The translations under genes and the position numbers were made by a program. A stretch of DNA of 64,000 nucleotides from Nitrospirota bacterium (lineage in GTDB: Bacteria > Nitrospirota > UBA9217): NCBI GenBank assembly GCA_963818475.1, contig CAWFSF010000006.1, positions 1,280,001-1,344,000 on the forward strand, given 5' to 3'. Position 1 is the first letter of the stretch. The number at the start of each line of letters is the position of its first letter. Positions 12,421 through 24,155 of the stretch are shown one piece after another. The notes beneath the pieces are model-generated. The model was not told the DNA's origin, ran no database searches, and saw nothing but the letters and a program-made list of their open reading frames with translations.

Positions 12421-12450
12421 AAAGGGAGAGCATACACTCTCCCTTTTTTT
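12421..12450. terminator. Hairpin / probable terminator after gcvH
   Basis: AAAGGGAGAG-CATACA-CTCTCCCTTTTTTT. Confidence 0.6.
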
Positions 12451-12492
12451 CTCATAACAATGATGGCGATTGCTCGCCAGTGATCACCGAAA

Positions 12493-12882
12493 CTATTTTT
12501 CTTCTTCTTCTTTTAAGAACTTTTCATATTCAGACCTGCTCATGAGATCGTTCACTTCGGTCGGATCGCTCATTTCGACCACGACGAGCCATCCATTGCC
12601 GTACGGGTCTTCATTGATGATCTCGGGAGAATCGGCAAGGTCTTCGTTGACCTCTACAACCGTACCGGTGATCGGGCTGACCACCGGCGATGTGGCTTTT
12701 GTTGATTCGATCTCGGAGAGCTCGGAATCAGCGTCTACTTCTGTATCGACCTCGGGGAGATCGACATACACGATATCGCCGAGCTGTTGCTGCGCAAAAT
12801 CACTGATGCCGATGGTCGCGCGTTTGCCTTCAACCCGCACCCATGAATGATCTCTATGATACTTTATATCGTCAGGATTCAT
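12493..12882 (-). CDS. gcvH: Glycine cleavage H protein (lipoyl carrier)
   Basis: GISDFAQQQLGDIVYVDLP, lipoyl-Lys motif IESTKA, INEDPYGNGW. Confidence 0.95.
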   Translation of the reverse strand: MNPDDIKYHRDHSWVRVEGKRATIGISDFAQQQLGDIVYVDLPEVDTEVDADSELSEIESTKATSPVVSPITGTVVEVNEDLADSPEIINEDPYGNGWLVVVEMSDPTEVNDLMSRSEYEKFLKEEEEK

Positions 12883-12989
12883 TTTGCACCTCCAAGATGA
12901 TGTGCACGAATAAGAATGAGTTTGTTTTTATCCTATGCGCCTTATTTTGTCAAGCAAAAATAATACAATGAGCGCAGGTGATGCTGAAT

Positions 12990-13016
12990 AAAAAAAGGGA
13001 TGCGATATCGCATCCC
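12990..13016 (-). terminator. Rho-independent terminator of the rnf operon
   Basis: GGGATGCG-ATAT-CGCATCCC plus T-run on the minus strand after rnfB. Confidence 0.8.
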
Positions 13017-13056
13017 CGAGAACGTTTTTTTATCCTTACTTACAGGCCTACGACGA

Positions 13057-14225
13057 CTAAGCCCCTGCAGCAGATACGACGGCCTTGCTTACTCCTGCTT
13101 TTTTCGTTGCGCCCTGCACAGCGACCATGTCGATCGCTTTTTTCGGGCAACGCGCCGCACACATCCCGCAGCCGATGCACTTTGACTGATCAACGAGATG
13201 CACAGCATTCGGATCACCGGATATGGCGTTCACCGGGCAGACCTTGGCGCAGACATCGATGCCGGCGCACTTGGCCGGGTCGATCTATGCTTTGGGGCGC
13301 ACCGGAATGAAATCATGGATCGCGCTGGTGGGGCATTTTTTTACGCAGAGTCCGCAGACGATGCACTTGCTGTGATCGATGCGCGCGAGGTTGTTGTCGA
13401 TCTTAATGGCATCCACCGGGCAGGTCCGGACACAGATGCCGCAGGCGATGCATCCGACCTGGCATTTCTTTTTGACATCGATCCCCTTGTCCCTGCTGTG
13501 GCAGCTGATCACGACCGCTTTGGACTCCACTGCCAGTTCGATGACCTGTTTGGGACAGGCGGCAACGCACTTGCCGCAGGCGGTACACTTTTCCTTATTG
13601 ATCACCGGCAGATTGTCGGCGCTCATCGTGATCGCGTCAAAGGGGCAGGCGCGCATGCACGTTGCGTATCCGAGACAGCCGAATTCGCAGGACTTGTCTC
13701 CTCCTGCCGCCAAGCACCGCAGCCGTGCAGTCCTGTACGCCGGTATAGATGAACTTCCGCTGGCTGAGGCTCGTCCCTCCCTGGCAGAATACCCGGGCGA
13801 TCTTGGGGTCGACTTTTTCCGCTTTTTTGCCGGTGATCTCGGCGATCTTCTCTGCGACCGGCGCCTTTCCCGGGAGCGCACAGGTTTACCGCGACATCCG
13901 GATTTCCCACGACGTTCTCCGCGTAGCCCATGCAGCCGGCAAACCCGCAGGCTCCGCAGTTGGCGCCCGGCAGGGTCTCGCGCACCTGCTCAACCTTGGG
14001 GTCCGTCTTTACGACAAAGCGCGCTGCAACGATGGCAAGCGCCACGCCGAAGACGATGCCGAGCGCGGCCAGGACCACGAGCCCGAAGAGCACAGACTCC
14101 CAGGGTACTTTTTCGAGTGTTTCCACCGACCCGCCGACACCGACCAGGGGCACCAGTTTGTTGGCGAAGATAGTCACCGCCTGGGAGAGTATCTGAATCA
14201 GAAGAGCGCTTAATTGTTCATACAT
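13057..14225 (-). CDS. rnfB: Rnf complex subunit B, polyferredoxin type (frameshifted)
   Basis: TM helix, LPGANCGACGFAGC, several CxxCxxCxxxCP motifs. Translation continues past 13285 in another frame (CAGIDVCAKVCP...CIGCGMCAARCP) to a stop at 13057. Confidence 0.9.
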
Positions 14226-14294
14226 GGTTTTGCACCTTACGTTTATTTTTTAGACATGCACGTTGCCTATATTATCCCACATTCGGGACCTTTT

Positions 14295-14879
14295 TTACAG
14301 CGTGATCATCCCGGAAAACCCTAAAAACGCGAGCGCGATCAGCCCGGTCAACACAAAGGAGATCGGCAGCCCCTGAAAGGATTTCGGCACATCGGCAAGC
14401 TCCAGTTTTTCACGGATGCTCGCCATGATAATAAGGGCGAGGCTGAAACCGAGCCCCGAACCCAGGGCCAGTGCCATGCTTTCGAACAGGCTGTAATGCT
14501 CCTCGGCATTGATGAGCGGCACCGCAAGGATAATGCAGTTCGTCACGATCAGCGCCAGGTAGATGCCCAGCTTATAATAGAGCGCGGGCGTGACCTTCTT
14601 CATGATCGTGTCCGCAGCCTGTACGAACGCGGCAACCACACCGATGAAAATAACGATCTTCAGGAATCCCAGGTGAAAAGGGATCATGACATACTCATAG
14701 ATCACCCAGTTCAGCGCGGCGCCGATCAGCATCACCGCCGTAAAGGTAAAGCTCATCCCGATGGAGGTCTCCATCTTCTTGGTCACGCCGAAGAAGATGC
14801 AGAGGCCGAGATAGCGGGAAAAAACGAAGTTATTGATGAGCGCTGATGCTATGAATATGGTTAATACATGTTCCCACAT
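14295..14879 (-). CDS. rnfA: Rnf complex subunit A
   Basis: NNFVFSRYLGLC, LIVTNC, GLPISFVLTGLIALAFLGF. Confidence 0.92.
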   Translation of the reverse strand: MWEHVLTIFIASALINNFVFSRYLGLCIFFGVTKKMETSIGMSFTFTAVMLIGAALNWVIYEYVMIPFHLGFLKIVIFIGVVAAFVQAADTIMKKVTPALYYKLGIYLALIVTNCIILAVPLINAEEHYSLFESMALALGSGLGFSLALIIMASIREKLELADVPKSFQGLPISFVLTGLIALAFLGFSGMITL

Positions 14880-14900
14880 AATACCCTCCGGATAACATCA

Positions 14901-14982
14901 TTTCGGATTTCGGATTGCTGAGATTGCGGATTAGAAACATCTGGACTTTCAATCCGCAATCCGAAATCCACAATCCGCAATT
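14901..14982. repeat. Heptamer-based inverted repeat element
   Basis: (TTTCGGA/TTGCGGA)n ... (AATCCGC/AATCCGA)n arms between rnfE and rnfA. Confidence 0.75.
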
Positions 14983-14984
14983 GA

Positions 14985-15617
14985 CTAATGTCCTCCGCTG
15001 CTCGCCGCCCGTACCGCCGAAGAATTTCCGGTCGATCCAGTTGAGCCAGCCCATCATGAGACCCATGGCGAAGAACCCTCCCGTCGGCATGATCATGATG
15101 AGCAGCGGTTTTCCCGGCAGGAGTTGGCATGCCCCAGAGCGATCCTTTCCCGAGAAACTCCCGGAAAATGCCGAGGAGCACAAGGGCCAGCAGGAATCCC
15201 ATGCCCATTGCCGCGCCGTCAACGATGGACGGCAGAAGTTTGTTCTTGCTCGCGAACATCTCCGCCCGGGAAAGCACGATGGCAAAAGCGACGATGAGCA
15301 TGATATAGAGGCCCATCTGCTTGTAAACGTCCCTCTGCATAGGCCGCCATCACGAGATCGGTCACCGTGACCCACGTGGCGATGATGAACATGTACGAAG
15401 GAATGCGGACTTTCGGATTGATGAAGTTCCTGAGGAGGGAAACGGTGGCGTTCACCATGGTCATGACGAAGAGAACGGCGACGCCCATCAGAAAACCGTT
15501 CTTCACGCCGCTGGTGACGGCCACGGCCGGACAGAGCGAAAGCGCCAGGCGGAAGACCGGGTTCTCTCCGAAGATGCCGTTCTTGAATATGGTCCCGTAA
15601 TTGACGTCATTGCTCAT
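14985..15617 (-). CDS. rnfE: Rnf complex subunit E (frameshifted)
   Basis: ENPVFRLALSLCPAVAVT, VRIP, RAEMFASKN. Confidence 0.9.
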
Positions 15618-16206
15618 TTTGCCACCCCCTGCGCCGCCGTCTTGATCCCCGCGCCATACTTATCGACGAGCGTCTGCACTGCGTCCTTCACGCCGTTCGT
15701 CACCGCGCGGCTCGATATCGTTGCTCCGGAAATGGCCTGGATGTTCTCCTTGGTTTCCGCTTTCAGGAGAACGATCTGCGAAAGTGCCTTGCCCTTGAAC
15801 TGATCGAGAAAGCTCTTGTCCTCAACCTGGTCCCCCAGACCGGGCGTTTCACCATGGTGGAGGATCTTGACGTCCCTGATCTTCAAGTCCGTATCCAGCG
15901 AAACGAGCATCTGCGATAAAGCTTGAATATCCCTTGCCGGCGGTGCTCGCGATGTAGGCTACCGGTTTGCCGCCGGAAGTAGCCTGATAGTATTCATAGG
16001 GTTTACCGTGGCTGCTGCTCCAGTTCCCCGCAGGCATTGATAGGATCGGTCGCATCGGGCGCCATCTCTTTCAGCGCTTCTTCCTTTTCCTTCTTTTCGG
16101 CCATAAATCTCACCGGCGAAGTATATTTATAGGTGACCCCCATGATCAGGCCTGCAGCGATGAAGATCGCGACGAGACTCAGGGTTATCTTCAACATCTC
16201 CTTCAT
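15614..16206 (-). CDS. rnfG: Rnf complex subunit G (frameshifted)
   Basis: N-terminal TM, ETPGLG, FMN-Thr motif SGATISS. Confidence 0.9.
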
Positions 16207-17239
16207 TTCTTCACCCCCTTGGCCTCGGCCTTGCCGAAGACCGCGGCTCCTCATGCCCCGGTCAAGGAGCGGCGCGAAGCAGTTCATGAGGAGGATGGCG
16301 AACATGACGCCCTCGGGATAGCCGCCTTTCAGGCGGATCAGCACCGTCAGCGCTCCGGCGCAGATGCCGAACACGATCTGCGCGTTCCGGACGGATGGTC
16401 CCGGTCACATAATCGGTGGCCATGAAGAAGGCGCCGAGGATAAGGCCGCCGGACATCATATGGAAGATCGGGTCTCCGGTCATGAGCCCTTCCTTGCCGC
16501 CGAAGATCCAGGTGAGGAGGCCGACGGTGGCGATGAACGGGAATCGGGATGTGCCAGGTGATGTACCGTTTCATCAGAAGAAAGACGCGCGCCGAGCAGC
16601 AGCGCGATGACCGACGTTTCACCAAGAGATCCGGCCCGGTTCCCGAGAAGCAGGTCCTGATACAGCGCCGCCTTCGTGTGATAGATCTCGAGGAGCTTCG
16701 CCATCCCCTCTTCTTTCAGGAGGACCAGCGGCGTGGCAGTGGTCTTTGCATCCAACGCCATGAACGATGTAACCGGCGCAACGAAGGTGGTCATGATCTT
16801 GGCGAAGCTGACCAGGACAAAGGCGCGGCCGATGAGCGCGGGATTGAAGATGTTGAAGCCGAGACCGCCGAAGAGATGCTTGGCGATCATGATGGCGACG
16901 AAGGATCCGACGAACGGGATATAGAGCGGCACATTGGCAGGAAGGTTCATGGCAAGGAGCAGGCCGGTCAGGAATGCGCTGCCGTCAGACAGGGTGATCG
17001 GTTTCTTCAGCATCCACTGCATCCCGGCCTCGGTCAGGAGCGAGGTCACGATGCAGACGAGAATGACCATGATGGCCGGCATCCCGAAGTAATAGACCGA
17101 CATGAGCGTCGCCGGAAGCAGCGCTGCCGCTTACGGTCCACATGATCTTCGCCGTGCTTTCCGTGTCGTGCATGTGCGGCCCGATCGAGACGATCAGTTT
17201 GGGCTGCTCTTTCGGTTGTGCCTTTGCAGGTGCTTCCAT
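16203..17239 (-). CDS. rnfD: Rnf complex subunit D (frameshifted)
   Basis: [25 protein letters not shown] site, GSLGETS, FFMATD, GGYPEGV. Confidence 0.92.
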
Positions 17240-17335
17240 CCGTTAACCTCTCTTCTCTTCGCATGATGCAGAGCGCGATGAGTGCAGTGCTGATTCACTG
17301 CGAATGCTCTGCGCGTGCTGCTGCGTTCTGCGCCG

Positions 17336-18668
17336 TTATAATTCTTCTTCTTCGCCAGTTCCTTTTTCGCCTTCTTCACCCACTGGACCATCGGCCGGTT
17401 TGCCGGGCAGACGAACGTGCAGGAACCGCACTCAAAGCAATCCATCAGGTTGTAGTCCTTGGCGTCTTCGTAATGTCCCTTCTCGATATAGATGCCCGAG
17501 CAGCGACGGCTGCAGCATCATGGGACAGGCGTCGATGCACCTGCCGCAGCGAATGCACGGACCGTAGGGCTTCACGACCACTTCATTCTTGGGCAGGACG
17601 AGAATGCCCGAGGTTCCCTTGATCACCGGCACATCGAGCGTATACTGGCTCATGCCCATCATCGGGCCGCCGGCGATGACCTTGGCCGCATCCTCCGTGA
17701 GACCGCCTGCTTCTTCGATCAGCTGCAGAAAAGGCGTGCCGATCCGGGCGAGAAAGTTCTTCGGTTCCTTCACGCCGCGGCCCGTCACGGTCACGTACCG
17801 TTCGACAAGCGGCCTGCCGTAGCGCACCGCAGTATAGATCGCTTCCGCCGTGCCGACGTTCTGTACGACGACGCCGACATCCATGGGCAATGCTCCCGCC
17901 GGAACGGTCCGGTGCGCGATCGCCTTGATCAGCATCTTCTCGGCGCCCTGGGGATACTTCACCTTTACCGGCCAGACCTTGATCTCCGGCGATCCTGCCG
18001 CTGCCTTGGTCATGGCCTCGATCGCGTCAGGCTTGTTCGCCTCGATGCCGATATACCCCTTGCTTGACGCCGAGGATCCTCATCAGGATCTTGAGGCCTT
18101 CGACGATCTGCTGAGGCCGTTCGAGCATCAGGCGATGGTCGGAGGTGAGATAGGGTTCGCACTCGGCGCCGTTGAGGATCACCACGTCGATCGGCTTTTC
18201 CTTGGGAGGACCAAGCTTCACGTGGGTCGGGAACGTTGCGCCGCCCATGCCGACGATGCCGGCATCCAGCACGATCTTCTTGAGCTCTTCGGAGACAGTA
18301 GCGCGTAGTCAGCATTTTCCTTGAGTCCCGCGACCCATTCGTCCTTGCCGTCGCTTTCGATGACAACGGCAGGCATATCGGTCCCGAGGAATGCGGGAAG
18401 TTCCCGATCGCAACAACCTTGCCCGAGATCGACGCATGGACAGGCGCAGAGACAAATCCGGTGGTTTCACCGATCTTCTCTCCTTTTTTTACTTCCTGTC
18501 CGATGACAACGACTGCTTTGGTGGGTGCTCCGATATGCTGACTCAGGGGTATGATTGCTCTTTGGGGATTGCTGCAGTAACGGTGGGTTTGTGTGCGGAA
18601 AGCTGTTTGTTGCCTGCGGGATGCACACCCCCGCTGAAGGTATCGTGCGCTTTCATTGTGGCTTCCAT
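17336..18668 (-). CDS. rnfC: Rnf complex subunit C (frameshifted; 3' end approximate)
   Basis: FSGGVHP, GIVGMGGATFPTHVK, NGAECEPYLT, YPQGAEK, CIRCGRC, CFECGSC. Confidence 0.93.
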
Positions 18669-18887
18669 TCTGTCTCACCTGCCATAACGTTCTGCATCGA
18701 CGTTGAATTTTGAGTTTGAGATTTTTTTTAAAAAAGCCGTTGAGTTTATAACAGAACGATGAGGAACTGTCAAGCGAATTTTTGCCGGTCTCGCAGGGAA
18801 ACAACGCTGCACTGTTGCATTCCGAAGCATTCCTGAAAGCTCAAACATCGCCGATCGGAAGCGCGCCACCTGCATGACATTGAGGTC

Positions 18888-18933
18888 AAAAAAAAGGATT
18901 GAAAGACAGAGGAAATCCTCTGAGCTTCAATCC
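18888..18933 (-). terminator. Rho-independent terminator after the NifU-C gene
   Basis: Long hairpin AGGATTGAA..CAGAGG / CCTCTG..TTCAATCC plus T-run. Confidence 0.7.
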
Positions 18934-18958
18934 TCTCGGATGGATGCAGAACAGTCTG

Positions 18959-19186
18959 TTACGCAACCTGTACGACTTCCTTCACCTCGGGAAGTTGCTG
19001 TTTCAGGTGTTTTTCAACGCCCATCTTGAGCGTCATGGTCGACATGGGACAGGACCCGCAGGCCCCTTTGAGCCGTACCTTAACGACCCCGTTATCTTCC
19101 ACGCTCACCAGTTCGATATCGCCGCCATCCCGCTGGAGTGCCGGCCGCACCTGCTTGAGTGCTTCTTCAACTTTTGCTTTATCCAT
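18959..19186 (-). CDS. NifU C-terminal (Nfu) domain Fe-S scaffold
   Basis: VRPALQRDGGDIEL...LKGACGSCPMS; start placed at MDKAK after a GGAG RBS. Confidence 0.92.
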   Translation of the reverse strand: MDKAKVEEALKQVRPALQRDGGDIELVSVEDNGVVKVRLKGACGSCPMSTMTLKMGVEKHLKQQLPEVKEVVQVA

Positions 19187-19347
19187 GATATGCTCTCCTT
19201 TTTTTAAAGAACTCTGATTAAATATACACCATTTTACCAACCTTGAACAGTTTATTCTATGATCTTGATCATAGGGCCGTCATGTCATTTTCATTGACTC
19301 GTGGCAAAGGTTCTGCTATTTTTATTCCGGGCCAACTCAGAGGAAAT

Positions 19348-19722
19348 ATGATCAATGCCGTCATCATAGGTATCGGCGGATTCTTTGGCGCGATCGCGCG
19401 TTACGGCGTGGCGCTCTGGATCGGCCAGCGCTGGGGCAGAAGCTTCCCCCTCGGCACCTTTGTCATCAACGTCAGCGGCAGTTTTGTGATCGGCCTTGCC
19501 ATGTCGCTCCTGACCGAACGGTTCATAGTCAACCCGCAGTGGCGCCTCCTTCTTGTTGTCGGCTTCCTGGGCGCTTACACCACATTTTCCACTTTCGAAT
19601 ATGAGACCGGAGCACTGCTCAAGGACGGGGAATGGCTCTTTGCCTCCCTGAACGTGGTCTTGAGCGTGCTCGCCGGATTTCTCGCACTAAAAGCCGGAGA
19701 AGTCCTGGCGAAGAGCATATAA
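19348..19722 (+). CDS. crcB: Fluoride channel Fluc/CrcB
   Basis: GGFFGAIARY, GTFVIN, GFLGAYTTFSTF. Confidence 0.95.
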   Translation: MINAVIIGIGGFFGAIARYGVALWIGQRWGRSFPLGTFVINVSGSFVIGLAMSLLTERFIVNPQWRLLLVVGFLGAYTTFSTFEYETGALLKDGEWLFASLNVVLSVLAGFLALKAGEVLAKSI

Positions 19723-19731
19723 GGAGATCCC

Positions 19732-20082
19732 ATGGTCCAAAGCGGCCCAGCAAAGAAGTTGACAATATATGTGGATGAATCGGAGCGGCATCATGGCAAA
19801 CCGGTCTATGAGATCGTCATGGATGTTCTTTATAAAAAGAAGATCGCAGGTGTAAGCGTGTTCCGGGGGGTTGCGGGATACGGATCGGACGGCGTTTTCC
19901 ATACAGCGAAGATCCTCGAGCTCGCGACCACGCTTCCGGTCAAGATCGAGGTCGTTGACACCGAGAACATGATCAACAGTGTCCTGCCGGAGCTCACCTC
20001 GATCATTGAAAAGGGTCTGATCGAAGTAAGCGATACAATGGTCATCAAGTGCTGCGGGAAAGGTGCCAAGGGGAAAAAGTAA
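19732..20082 (+). CDS. DUF190 (PII-like) protein
   Basis: GVSVFRGVAGYG, LPVKIEVVD; usual crcB neighbour. Confidence 0.9.
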   Translation: MVQSGPAKKLTIYVDESERHHGKPVYEIVMDVLYKKKIAGVSVFRGVAGYGSDGVFHTAKILELATTLPVKIEVVDTENMINSVLPELTSIIEKGLIEVSDTMVIKCCGKGAKGKK

Positions 20083-20089
20083 GGCCTGC

Positions 20090-20734
20090 TTATTCCTTCC
20101 ACCCGTTGTTGCCGATGAGGGGCACGAACACGCAGGGAACGCTCTGCTCCGATATGACCCCTCCTGCGGTCTTGACCACCTTCATCAACCGCTGTCCATA
20201 GCGGTCCCCTACCGGTATCACCATCCTGCCCCCTTCCCCCAGTTGTTCTACGAGCGCCTCAGGGATATGCGGTGCGCCTGCGGTCACCATGATCGCATCG
20301 AAGGGCGACATTTCCTTCCAGCCGTAGGTCCCGTCGTAGACCTTGAGCGCCACGCTCCGATAGCCCAGACGGTCCAGTACTGCGCGGGCCCGCTCCGCCA
20401 GGGCTTTAATACGCTCAACCGTATAGACTTTTCCGGCGAGTTCGGCCAGAACAGCGGCCTGGTATCCCGATCCGGTGCCGATCTCGAGCACGCGTTCCGT
20501 GCCGGTCAGCTCAAGAAGCTGGGTCATGAGCGCGACCATGTAGGGCTGCGACATGGTCTGGCCCTCGCCGATAGGCAGTGCCTGGTCGACATAGGCATTG
20601 CCGCGGATCGCCTCAGGCAGAAATTCATGACGGGGCACTTTGCGCATGGCTGCGAGCACCCGCTCATCCCTGATGCCGCGACCGATGATCTGCTCCTCGA
20701 CCATGCGCTGACGTTCGCGTTCAAAAACCATCAC
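20090..20734 (-). CDS. pcm: Protein-L-isoaspartate O-methyltransferase
   Basis: [30 protein letters not shown]. Confidence 0.96.
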   Translation of the reverse strand: MMVFERERQRMVEEQIIGRGIRDERVLAAMRKVPRHEFLPEAIRGNAYVDQALPIGEGQTMSQPYMVALMTQLLELTGTERVLEIGTGSGYQAAVLAELAGKVYTVERIKALAERARAVLDRLGYRSVALKVYDGTYGWKEMSPFDAIMVTAGAPHIPEALVEQLGEGGRMVIPVGDRYGQRLMKVVKTAGGVISEQSVPCVFVPLIGNNGWKE

Positions 20735-21507
20735 TCATCACTCCTGCCTGGTGCGGCCGGCGTGTATGACATCCGCTCCAGGGGACGGAGCCGGTCGAAA
20801 ACAGCATAATCGGTCAGGTCGAGATGGAGCGGTGTTATGGAAACGAAGCTCCGGTCGATTGCGTCGAAATCAGTGCCCTCTTCCCGCTCCCAGTCAGGAT
20901 CTCCCCCGCCGATCCAGTAATATTTTTTGCCGCGGGGGTCGACACGCTCCACGGTCATCTGGTGGTAGATGCGCTTGCCGAGCCGGGTAATCGCCGTACC
21001 TTTTATCCCGGACAGCGGCACGTTCGGAACATTGACATTGAGCAGCGTCCCCTCGGAGAGTCCCTGACTGAAGATCATCGCCGCGGTCGCCACCGCCACC
21101 TCTGCTGCGTCGGCAAAAAGAAAGTTCTCCCGCGCCGACAGCGAGATCGCAAAGGAAGGAACTCCGAGCAAGCGTGCTTCGATCGCACCCGCCACCGTAC
21201 CGGAATAGGTAACGTCATCACCGAGGTTCGGGCCCTTGTTGATACCCGAGACCACCAACCGCGGTATCTCCTTGAGAAGCCCCTTGACCGCAATGTTCAC
21301 ACAATCGGTCGGGGTGCCATTGACGCTGTAAACGGACTCCCTGATCTCTTCGATCAGGAGCGGCCGATGAAGGGTCATGGAGTGGCCGGCTGCGCTGCGT
21401 TCCCGGTCCGGCGCGACGATCACGACAGAATCAAGCTCTTTCAGCCGTTTGGCAAGGATTTGTATCCCGGGGGAAAGCACGCCGTCGTCATTGGTCACCA
21501 GTATCAT
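20731..21507 (-). CDS. surE: 5'/3'-nucleotidase SurE
   Basis: [30 protein letters not shown]. Confidence 0.97.
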   Translation of the reverse strand: MILVTNDDGVLSPGIQILAKRLKELDSVVIVAPDRERSAAGHSMTLHRPLLIEEIRESVYSVNGTPTDCVNIAVKGLLKEIPRLVVSGINKGPNLGDDVTYSGTVAGAIEARLLGVPSFAISLSARENFLFADAAEVAVATAAMIFSQGLSEGTLLNVNVPNVPLSGIKGTAITRLGKRIYHQMTVERVDPRGKKYYWIGGGDPDWEREEGTDFDAIDRSFVSITPLHLDLTDYAVFDRLRPLERMSYTPAAPGRSDE

Positions 21508-21700
21508 AGGATGTCACATTTCTTTGCAAACAGAATTTTAATCACGAAAAAGTATATACCATAATGCATGCGAACCTGTCAAACAGGGTCTCCTGCAACT
21601 GCATTGAGATGAGCATGGCAATACGGCACTCGCAAAGTATTTAGCGGGGAAAGGCCATGTTCGGAAGGGATTTGGCGTTCACCATGCAGCGGGGCCAGGT

Positions 21701-22462
21701 TCAATGACGGTATATGCGCTCCAGAAGCTTGCGGTCTTCAACAGCCTTTCCGGAAAGCCAGGGCAAATATTCCAGCGTAACAACACCTTCCCAATCCAGT
21801 TCATGGAGCCTGTCGAGAAGGTCCAGGCAGAACGGATCATTATCGATGGGGCGGAACTGTCTGCCCGCAGTACGCCCGCCTCCGGGTGTCACCGCCGAAA
21901 GGTGGACGTTCACGAGATGCGTCCGATAGCTTTCAATGATCCAGGTGACCTCGGTCTTCGGGATATAGGATGTATCGAGAACCATGGGCAGACGGTGCTC
22001 CATGATCTCATCAGGGGTCAGGACCCGTTCTTTGTCCCATAACGTTTCTACGGCTATCATAACTCCTGTCCGGTCCTGCAGATACTTCACGTTCAGGAGC
22101 GCCGAGGATTGTTCATCCTGCCGGGTCCCTTCAGGCCGTTCCTCAGGATGAAACACCAGTATCTCGGAACCCAGTGCCTCGGCAAATTGTATGATCTTTC
22201 CGGCCCAGTTTCGGAATGAGCTATGCCCCAGTTCGCCGTGCGGCGCGTGCACCGAGCGGACCGGGATGTCGAACTCACGTAACTGCTGCTCCACATCGGC
22301 AAGCAGGTGCTGGTCGCGTAAAAAAATATCGAGAGAAGTAGGCAGGGCGAGTTCTATGGGAACACCGCGAACCTGTTCGAGTTGCTTGCGGCTGTTCGCA
22401 AAATCTATTCCCCTGCGGATGCAGAATCGCATTGGTGTCGGAGGCATAGGCGGCGGAAACAT
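21701..22462 (-). CDS. TIM-barrel protein, AP endonuclease 2 / sugar-phosphate isomerase-like (start uncertain)
   Basis: SVHAP, VFHP, AVE, LDTS, VHLS and TLEY metal-ligand pattern. Confidence 0.6.
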   Translation of the reverse strand: MFPPPMPPTPMRFCIRRGIDFANSRKQLEQVRGVPIELALPTSLDIFLRDQHLLADVEQQLREFDIPVRSVHAPHGELGHSSFRNWAGKIIQFAEALGSEILVFHPEERPEGTRQDEQSSALLNVKYLQDRTGVMIAVETLWDKERVLTPDEIMEHRLPMVLDTSYIPKTEVTWIIESYRTHLVNVHLSAVTPGGGRTAGRQFRPIDNDPFCLDLLDRLHELDWEGVVTLEYLPWLSGKAVEDRKLLERIYRH

Positions 22463-22597
22463 CCTTTCATGAACTGTGGTCCACTACGAGTGCGGGGAGT
22501 ATAGCATGAAAATATTTTCGTGGTATGAAAAATTTTCATTGGCTTTTATATTGAGCACGTCGTTTCACGCGACGGCACTGGTTCCGCCTCAATTTCC

Positions 22598-24155
22598 TTA
22601 CGACTTGCCCGTTAAATCCCCCACGATCTCCCGGAACTGCTCCAGCGCTGCTTCCAAATCTTCCACGATCTCCAAAGCGATAACGTCGGGATCAGGCAGG
22701 TTGTCAGAAGCTTCGAGGGATTCGTCCTTGAGCCAGAAGATGTCGAGGCTGGCCTTGTCGCGGCTTACCAGCTCATCGTAATTGTACGACCGCCAGCGGC
22801 CTTCACTTTTAACTTCCGCTCCACTTGTTTTGCGCTTATTTTTTACTCCCTCGCCCCTTGCGGGAGAGGGCTGGGGTGAGGGGGAAGTCCTTCCAGGTAG
22901 CCTTGCGCTGATGCCGATTCTCGGGATTATAGCATTTCACAAACTCGTCGAGGTCCGAGCGCTGGAGGGAGCTCGTCTTAAGCGTGAAGTGCATGTTCGT
23001 CCGGAGATCGTAGATCCAGAGCTTCTTGGTCCAGGGCGTTTCGCATGCCGGTTTTTTGTCGAAGAACAGCACGTTCGCCTTGACCCCCTGGGCGTAGAAC
23101 AGGCCCGTGGGCAGGCGCAGGAGCGTATGCACGTCGCACTCGTGCAGGAGCTTTCGCCTGACCGTCTCCCCTGCCCCGCCTTCGAACAGGACGTTATCCG
23201 GCACGACAACTGCCGCGCGGCCGTTCTGTTTTAAAAGGGTCTTTACATGCTGGATGAAGTTGAGCTGTTTGTTCGATGTCGTGGCCCAGAAGTCCTCGCG
23301 CTCGATGATATCGGTCTCCCGTGATACCTTGCCGTTCTCGGCAACGATGGTGGTGCTGCTCTTCTTGCCGAAGGGAGGATTGGTCAGAACGATATCGAAC
23401 CGGTCTCCGGGGTCGGCAGCAAGAGAGTCCGAAACGATGATAGGAAGGTCCTTGTCGGTCCCGATGCTGTGGAGCATCAGGTTCATGGCGCAGAGCCGGG
23501 CCGTGCTCTGGACCAGCTCCCAGCCCTTGAAGGTCGAGCCTTTGAGCTTGCGCTTCTCGTCGGCGCTCATGTTCGGATTGTGCTTTACCACGTAATCGTG
23601 CGCGGCAAGGAGAAACCCGCCGGTCCCGCACGCAGGATCGCAGAGGGTCTCTTTCGGCTTCGGCTGGATCACGTCAACCATGGCCTGGATCAAAGGACGG
23701 GGAGTGAAGTACTGGCCAGCGCCGGACTTGGTGTCCTGCGCGTTCTTCTCCAAGAGACCTTCGTATGCGTCCCCTTTCACATCAGCGCTCATCACCGACC
23801 AGTTTTCCTTATCGATCAGGTCAACGACAAGCCGCCGTAATTTCGAAGGGTCCTGGAACTTGTTCTGGGATTTGTTGAAGATCAGGCCGAGCAGACCTTT
23901 TTCATTGCCCAGGCTTTCGAGCATGTGGCGGTAGTGGTCGAACAGATCGTCGCCGTCCTTCTTTAAGAGCGTGGGCCAGTTGTACTTCGCAGGCACGGCA
24001 CTCGGCTGGTTGTACGGCGGCTTCGTGCGCTCGTCGGCCATCTTGAGGAACAGCAGGTACGTAAGCTGCTCCACGTAGTCGCCGTAGCTCATCCCATCGT
24101 CCCGGAGGACGTTACAGTAGTTCCAGAGTTTTGAAACGATTGCTGCTGGTGTCAT
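22598..24155 (-). CDS. hsdM: Type I R-M methyltransferase subunit (m6A); apparent +1 A error at ~22840
   Basis: GQYFTPR, DPACGTGGFL, NPPF. Removing one A from the A6 run restores the frame to EGRWRSY...LDIFWLKD...DLEAALEQF and a stop at 22598. Confidence 0.95.
22848..22884 (-). repeat. REP-like palindromic element inside hsdM
   Basis: CCCCCTCACCCCAGCCCTCTCCCGCAAGGGGCGAGGG, translated as PLTPALSRKGRG; related to the element at 48149-48237. Confidence 0.75.

Noticed and set aside
19295-19345. Fluoride riboswitch upstream of crcB
   Set aside because: GGCAAAGGTTCTGC only loosely resembles the aptamer, lacks the downstream conserved segment and looks like a promoter spacer.
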